A stretch of 32,000 nucleotides of DNA, taken from Candidatus Saccharimonadota bacterium (lineage in GTDB: Bacteria > Patescibacteriota > Gracilibacteria > Absconditabacterales > Absconditicoccaceae). The notes under the pieces are model-generated. The model ran no database searches. It was not told the origin of the DNA and was given only the letters and a program-made list of their open reading frames with translations. Shown here piece by piece: positions 25,914 to 32,000 of this stretch. Positions within the stretch are counted from its first letter, which is position 1. Each line of letters begins with the position of its first letter. The position numbers were made by a program, and so were the translations under genes. Location: the NCBI GenBank assembly GCA_000503875.1, contig CP006913.1, positions 300,001-332,000 of the forward strand, in the 5' to 3' direction.

Positions 25914-28232
25914 TTAGTGTAAAAAGACTTCAGAGAAATCTATAAGTATCTTAATATCTGCCAAAAGTTCTTCTTTATAAATATTTAATTTTTTAAGTGT
26001 TTTTTCATTTATTTTTTCTATTTTTATAATCATGGATTTGAGTATAGTAAGTTGCTCTGGTTGTGTATATTTTTTGATATTATCAGCAAGTAATTTTATA
26101 AGAATAGCATTATTGCTTTTCATTCTTAAAGAATTGCTATAATCAAGTTGATATCAATATACTATTAAAGCAGCCATTTCCTCCCTTGTAAGATATGTAT
26201 TTGCATCCTGAAAAGTATCAGTAATGATTTCTATATTCTTTGGGTCTTTATTAACTAGTTTTAAACTATGAATCAAAAGTCTAATAGCATCCAATTTTGT
26301 AATAGGTTTCTCTGGATTAATATATATTTTATTGTTATCAAATTTTTCTATAGGAATCAATAAATCGTGTACATATGCCTTAATTATATATGGAGCATAC
26401 CAAGCATTTTTGGAAACATCTGAATATATATTTTGAATATTAAATGTATTATTATGAAGATCTACACTACTTCCCAAAAAATGACTTTTAACAAGTACTT
26501 TTATAAATTCAGAATAACTTGTTGTCTCTTTATTTCCAAAAAATCTTTTTTTTCATAGTTGTTTTCATTGAATAATACAATAATTAAGCAATGTTTCTAC
26601 TTGTTGTTTATAAGTACTATTATTATCATCAAAAGAGATATTGCGATAATCTGTATCCATATACTGACACTGTTCTATCTGTTGTTTTTGGTTTTGATTA
26701 ATAGTAGATAATATAAAGTCTGACGTTGTTTCTATCTCTTTTAAATCAATAAGAGCAGCGGGCATACCAAATGTTTTTTCCAATGCTTTTTGTTGAAGTA
26801 ATAATTTTGGACTTAAAATCAAAGAAGCTGATTCTATTTGACAGGTAATTGCACATCCATCACCATCGTTTTTATTACTATCATCACATTCTTCCATATA
26901 TTCTAATTTTCAATTTCAACAAATACCAGGTTGTTCTGCTTGACAGGTAGCTGTACATCCATCTCAATTTCGTTTATTACCATCATCACATTGTTCTCCC
27001 TGTTCGGTAATTTTGTTTCCACAAATAGGTATAGAAGAAGCGCCTCATCAACCTCATCATCAACTAGGAGATAAAACGATAATCTCTCCAATTTTCTTGC
27101 TAGCAGAAAAAGAAAGAGAACTATTTTCCAATTGGGTTCCTGCGGTATTTCGTTGTACTGGTTGTATTTGATTTGGTAAATTTGATCACCAGCTACTACT
27201 AGAAGCGACAAAATTATCTCAGAAAGGTTTTACTCATCTTCGTGTTCCTGTGGCTGTAGAAGTATCTATAAGATAATTTGTTCAATCATGAGGATTGAAA
27301 ATTTCATTCTCCGTAGTAATCAATCAGGTTGTCATATTTCAATTCTGCCATCAAATAGTTCAGAGTAGGGGATCAGTAGAAAGTCAGAGTTTTAATCATA
27401 CTGGTAATGATATATCAAATTGAATTAGTCCATATCAGGTACTACTTGCAACGATGGTATTTCATATATTATTAAATAGTTTAATACTGTTAAAATAGCT
27501 TCCTAAAACAGTTCTAATACCATTTAAATTATTATTATATGCTGTAGAATTATTAAATACATTTTGTATTCCTGCTTGAACTAAAAATCCATATGATGTA
27601 TTGTTAAAAGAAATGCTATTATTTATTATATTTCTATATCACCCATTAATAAAAATTCAATTCTGACTATTATTAAACGTGATAATATTATTTAGTACGT
27701 TATTATTGGAATTGGTGAGTAATGAAATTCACATACTATTTCAAAATATTTTAGTATCTTTTATAATGGTATTGATTGTAGTTGTAAGCAAAATTCATCT
27801 ATTACTTCAGTATATAGTGGTATTTGATATTGTATTACTATTAGTATTAGAAAAAGAAAGTGCATCAGCCGCATTTCCGTTAATAATCAGATTTTTGATG
27901 ATATTGTAGTTACTTGAAATAGTTATTACTGTAGTTCAATTTCCATTTATAACAGTTCAATCAGTTCCTACCAACGCAGTACAGGGTTGAGTTAGAGAAA
28001 TTCCGGCAAGGTTATAGGTACCTGCTTCAAAATCATATGTAGTATTTCCCGTCCAGAAAGTAGGAATAGTAGAGGGGGTTACTACTATATGATTGCTTTC
28101 TGCAACATTACAAGTATCGCTATATCATAACCATATTGAAGTATTTTCTGTAGAAAAATTCTGGGCAAATGTAATAGAAAAGCTCCCCAAAAAGAACAAT
28201 ATTCCCAAAATAATTTTCTGTTTTTGTTTCAT
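25914..28232 (-). CDS. Large secreted surface protein: signal peptide, parallel beta-helix (PbH1-like) region, poly-Gly linker, two Myxococcus-type Cys-rich repeats, and an SLH-like C-terminal region; 772 aa
   Basis: The ATG at 28232 is in frame (2319 nt) with track ORFs 26565-26897, 26154-26477 and 25914-26123, and the frame holds only TGA, about 32 by my count, with no TAA or TAG. The signal peptide is MKQKQKIILGILFFLGSFSITFAQ. Asn-rich repeats include NIIKNLIINGN and NNSISFNNTSYGF. The Cys-rich repeats are CGNKITEQGEQCDDGNKRN-G-DGCTATCQAE and C-G-N-G-KLEYMEECDDSNKNDGDGCAITCQIE. An SLH-like segment reads DVSKNAWYAPYIIKAYVHDLL...LTREEMAALIV. Track ORF 26903-27211 is in a different frame. Confidence 0.85.
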
Positions 28233-28299
28233 AGAAATCCATCTAATGGATAAAGTATTATATGTATATATGAGAAAGCTTAAACTTTTCAACTAAAAA

Positions 28300-28336
28300 T
28301 AAAAACAGACTCAACAAAAACGAAGAGTCTGTTTAT
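28300..28336 (-). terminator. Terminator after the 28333-28929 gene (minus strand)
   Basis: ACAGACTC (28305-28312) pairs with GAGTCTGT (28325-28332). An A-rich run on the plus side gives a U-run on the minus strand. Confidence 0.7.
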
Positions 28337-28929
28337 AATGCGAAATCATTAGCAATGTGGTATATTCCACCAGTTTGAGGCGGAGTACATGGAGGAGGGC
28401 ATGGTCCTGAAAATCCATTACAATCTATGCTTCCTGAAATGAGATTAAATATATTTGATACGATAATATCACTATCTAAAATAACATTTCCAGAAGGTTT
28501 ATTAATTGTGAGATCATAAAATGGCCAATCAACATAATTATCTATTTCTATATGCTGATCAGTACTTCCATTAAAAATAATATTGGCGTTGTTATCCCAA
28601 ATTATCCAAGGATTGCCTATATAAAGATCCCCAGATATAGATAACGTTTTTCCTGCAGGAAAAGTAATTAAATATCCATAAATAGGATCTATTGATAAGT
28701 GATGGATACTTGTTGAAATATCCAATAAGCATCCCTGAAGGGGATCTGCAGCAGTAAAATAAACATCATCAGTTGGTCCAGGAATGCTTCCTTCTAACCA
28801 GTTAGCTGGATTACTCCAGTTAGTTGATACTGCTCCAGTCCAAGTACGAACAGCCGCAATACTAGTATTATGAAAAAACATCATGCCGATAACCATCGAC
28901 AGGATGATTATCAGATTTAGTTTTTTCAT
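28333..28929 (-). CDS. Secreted hypothetical protein with an adhesin-like N-terminal motif and a Cys/Pro-rich C-terminus, 198 aa
   Basis: The ORF is uninterrupted. The signal peptide is MKKLNLIIILSMVIGMMFFHNTSIAA. It is followed by RTWTGAVSTNWSNPANW...IPGPTDDVYF, and the C-terminus reads CNGFSGPCPPPCTPPQTGG. It has 16 Gly codons and none is TGA. Confidence 0.8.
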   Translation of the reverse strand: MKKLNLIIILSMVIGMMFFHNTSIAAVRTWTGAVSTNWSNPANWLEGSIPGPTDDVYFTAADPLQGCLLDISTSIHHLSIDPIYGYLITFPAGKTLSISGDLYIGNPWIIWDNNANIIFNGSTDQHIEIDNYVDWPFYDLTINKPSGNVILDSDIIVSNIFNLISGSIDCNGFSGPCPPPCTPPQTGGIYHIANDFAL

Positions 28930-29070
28930 TTTTTTGTTTTAGTTTTTATTATTATGAAACATTATAAGAATTAGTCAAGTATTTTCAATTGAAAATTTTC
29001 ATAAAAATTGACGCAAGAAAAAAACTGAATACACTTAGACAAAGGCACATTTTATTTATTATCTCAAAAA

Positions 29071-32000
29071 ATGAAACAGCATTTTCAAAACATTCATTAT
29101 CATGTCAAAAAGGCACATGAACATATTAAAAAACATACAAAGAAAGCACATGAACATCTCAAAAGACATGGGAAATGGTATATATATGGTCATATTTTGG
29201 CTGCTTCTGCTATTTTAAGTATTTTTTTGAATAGCAATAGTAAGTCTGATGCATCTTTTGATAACACTTTGTGTACACAAGATTTTTCTTCAATGAATAT
29301 GACTTTGGAATATGATTATACTGAAGCCAAAAAAAACGTTATGCTTAAAGGAATAAGTTTTGATAAAATTATTTTTCCTGAACTTATTTTGGTAAACAAA
29401 GTAAAACAAATTAAACCAGTACCAAATAAAAATGAACTTAGTACAGATCGTGGTGATTTAGCATCATATATTAATCCAAACAAAGAAGATCCCACAGAAG
29501 AAGAAATAGCAGATTATTTGAGTAATAATAATCTAAATAATTTAATTGATGGAGAAGGTCGAGGAGAAGTTATTTTGGATGTAGAACTTGAAAAAATTGT
29601 TTATGATAACACCAAAAAAGGAGATGTAATAGGTGAATTATTGATTTTTGAAAGAGGAATGAATGCAGATATGTATATTCAATCAGTTGATTCTCTTTGA
29701 TGAAAAGAACTTTGAAAAAAAATATTTCTCAATAGAAAAGATTTGATTTATGCTGGATTTGATGTTGATACGGTAGAAATTGGTACTCCTCAAAAAATGG
29801 GATATTGGAAAGTTGATCTAGAAAAATTAGGTGTTTGAGCTATTAAATTTTTGAGAATATCATCAGAACCAAAAAATAGTGGTCCAGATTTTAAGATCAT
29901 TTGATTAAATACTAAAAAATGTAAACAAAAACAATTAGAACCATTGGAAGTAACTGCTCTTTGTTCTGTTTCGCCAGAAAATACAAGATTTTGGAAAATA
30001 ACTAATCCAAACGATGAAAAAGTAGAATTTACACGGGATATCTATAGATCAACGCAAGGATGAATAAATTCTATGGAAGCAAAAACTGATATTATGATTC
30101 AAGCTTCTCCAACAGAAATTTCAACAGTATTGAGAGTATATTTAAATGGAATTCTTCAAGACATTATTCCAAGTAGTGAAGAAAAATGTCCAATAATTCA
30201 ACCAGAAATACCATTGGAATTAGAACCAATCTGTTCTTCAGATCCAGAAAGTCATAGAGTATGGAAAGTAAAGAACAATAACGCACAACAAGTAGAATTT
30301 AAATGGAATATACCACAGACTACATCATGTAAAGGAAATAAAATTCTTTTATGTCATGTGCCTCCCGGAAATCCAACAAATGAACATGAAATATGTATTG
30401 CTAAACCAGCGGTTGCTGCGCATTTGGCAAAGGGATCGTATGAAGGATTATGTCAAAATTCTATAAATCAATCAAATATTATTGTATGATGAGAAACATC
30501 AGTTGTATTTACAACACCAGTTATTGATAATCCAGAAATGTTAAGCATTTCTATTGATAATATTGAACAGGATGCTTCACTTAGTACAACAGATCTTTGT
30601 CCAAAACAACCAGTTAATGATTATACTATTTCAGTTACAACAGACAAACAAGAAATTTTTCCATGAGAAGAATTAGTTTATACTATTCAATACGATAACA
30701 TTGGACCAGAGCTTATGCAATCATGAACAATAGAACTCGGTTTTGATGAGAATTTTGAATATATGCCAAATGAAAATTCTGAAATAATTATTTCAAATAA
30801 CAAAATTATTTTACCAACAATGTTAGGAAATAGTTCAAACAAAATAGAAATTAAATGAAAAATGAAAGTAAATATTAATACTGATTCAGAATCTTTATTT
30901 AAAGCAATTATTTCGGCGGATCGTGACATAAACAAAGATAATAATATAGTAACGACCACAACAAAAATAAAAAATTTAGAACCACTCGAGTTAAGTTCTT
31001 TGTGTTCAGATAATCCATCTGCAGTGAGAGCTTGGAGAATTCAAAATCCGAATCCAATAGATGTTCCAGTTGATATTTATGTGCAAGATGAATTCTCTGC
31101 ATCAGTAATTGCAAAAGCAAACGAGCACACCTATGTAAAAACAAATACTTTTAGTACTGTAGATTGAATAAATATTGTATCATTACGATATAATGGACAA
31201 AAACAAATAGAAAATTCTAGTGAAAATGTTTCTTGTCCAAAACCTATTTCTGATTTAGCCGTAGAAAATGTAAATGTAGAAATGGTTTCAGAAGATATGT
31301 TTGTAGCACAAATTACTTTTGCAAATCTAGGTCCAAATTTATCTAGTGATATTTTAATTGATGTTGCTGTATCTGATGCTATGTTTGTTGTAGAAAATTC
31401 AATTCAACCAGAACTACAGGAAACATTGAACGTAATGGAAATAGATGAAACCTATATATTGTCTATTACGTGAGCATTGATCTCATGAGAAGCACAAATC
31501 GCAGTTACAATAAACGGTCAAACAATTGATCCAAATGTATATAACAATAATTCACAATCAACTATTTCTAGTAGTAATTATGTAGTGCCAGAAGAACCTA
31601 TCAATGAAGAAGAAAATCAAGAACATGACGCTCCTACTGAAGAACCAGAAAATATTCAATGATATGAACTCGGTGAACAAGTAGATCTTGATCAACAAAT
31701 TAAAGAGGATGAATATACAGAAGATATGATTGGTTTAGGCTGTCATTATACAGACGAAGAATATGAAAAAATAAAATTCCAAGATGTTATAAATCATCGA
31801 TCAAAACCATATGTAGAGCTTTTACGTATTAATTGTATTGTGAAAGGAAGAGAAGTAAATACTTTTGTTACTGATGACTATATAAAAAGAGGAGAAGCAA
31901 TTAAAGTAGCTATTAAATTATGGTGAATAGATAACGATTGGAAAGTTAAATCTGATAAATATATATACCTTGGAGATACTCCTATGGCTGATGTAAATAA
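29071..32000 (+). CDS. Very large surface protein, N-terminal part only (continues past the right edge): His-rich cytoplasmic tail, TM anchor, three Cys-bounded modules, DUF11/CARDB-like repeats, and an SLH-like segment
   Basis: Track ORFs 29071-29700, 30073-30489, 30862-31167, 31282-31473 and 31726-31926 are all in one frame (position mod 3 = 1) and are joined only by TGA codons. The frame is still open at 32000. The TM segment is WYIYGHILAASAILSIFL. DUF11-like segments include DYTISVTTDKQEIFP-G-EELVYTIQYDNIGPE and DLAVENVNVEMVSEDMFVAQITFANLGPN. Confidence 0.88.

Noticed and set aside
26903-27211. Track ORF 26903-27211 (minus, 102 aa) as a separate gene
   Set aside because: It is in a different frame from the flanking in-frame ORFs. 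The frame containing the CGNG...CDDGN...GDGC repeats and the poly-Gly run is the one continuous with the ATG at 28232 (2319 nt, divisible by 3).
1-32000. Interpreting the fragmented ORFs as pseudogenes or a decaying, frameshifted genome under the standard code
   Set aside because: Fragments of each gene stay in the same frame and are separated only by single TGA codons at conserved Gly positions. No TAA or TAG interruptions or frame changes were seen in any recognisable gene.
1-32000. TGA = Trp (Mycoplasma/Spiroplasma code 4)
   Set aside because: Trp at the TGA positions would destroy glycine-specific motifs (KGFGF, GGHLG, GRGELH, PPHGG, NDGS, RxxGxG). The repeat units also interchange TGA with GGA, not with TGG.
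16912-32000. LPXTG-type sortase substrates among the local secreted proteins
   Set aside because: None of the complete secreted or surface proteins in the window ends with an LPXTG-like motif followed by a hydrophobic segment and a basic tail. The giant protein is truncated by the window edge, so its C-terminus is unknown.

Overview
This AT-rich bacterial window is only interpretable under genetic code 25 (TGA = Gly), as used by Gracilibacteria/Absconditabacteria in the CPR/Patescibacteria. The supplied six-frame track breaks almost every real gene at in-frame TGA codons. Reading TGA through fuses the fragments into full-length typA (partial), aspS, an NMO/FabK-family flavoenzyme, csp, recJ, hemW, a sortase, a GNAT, a GT2 glycosyltransferase, DedA, a membrane metallophosphoesterase and others. 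The TGA codons fall on invariant glycines: TPE-G-xR and PPH-G-G in AspRS, K-G-FGF in Csp, G-G-HLG in NMO, GR-G-ELH in TypA, ND-G-S in GT2. I call 30 CDS, all ending in TAA or TAG, plus one tmRNA, two tRNAs, one in-frame 8-copy tandem repeat, and a set of hairpin terminators and sigma70-like promoters. No CRISPR array, rRNA or recognisable mobile element was seen. Three things deserve a second look. (1) An 835-aa orphan protein (7714-10221) has eight ~68-aa tandem repeats fused to a C-terminal restriction-endonuclease-like module. (2) A cell-surface gene cluster (25914-32000) combines beta-helix, Cys-rich repeat, DUF11-like and SLH-like modules and includes a seven-glycine run with five TGA codons. 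(3) Several genes contain no TGA at all; one of them (20114) reaches a TGA inside its own terminator hairpin, which looks like a fossil or imported standard-code stop. All calls come from reading the sequence by eye; no database search was run.
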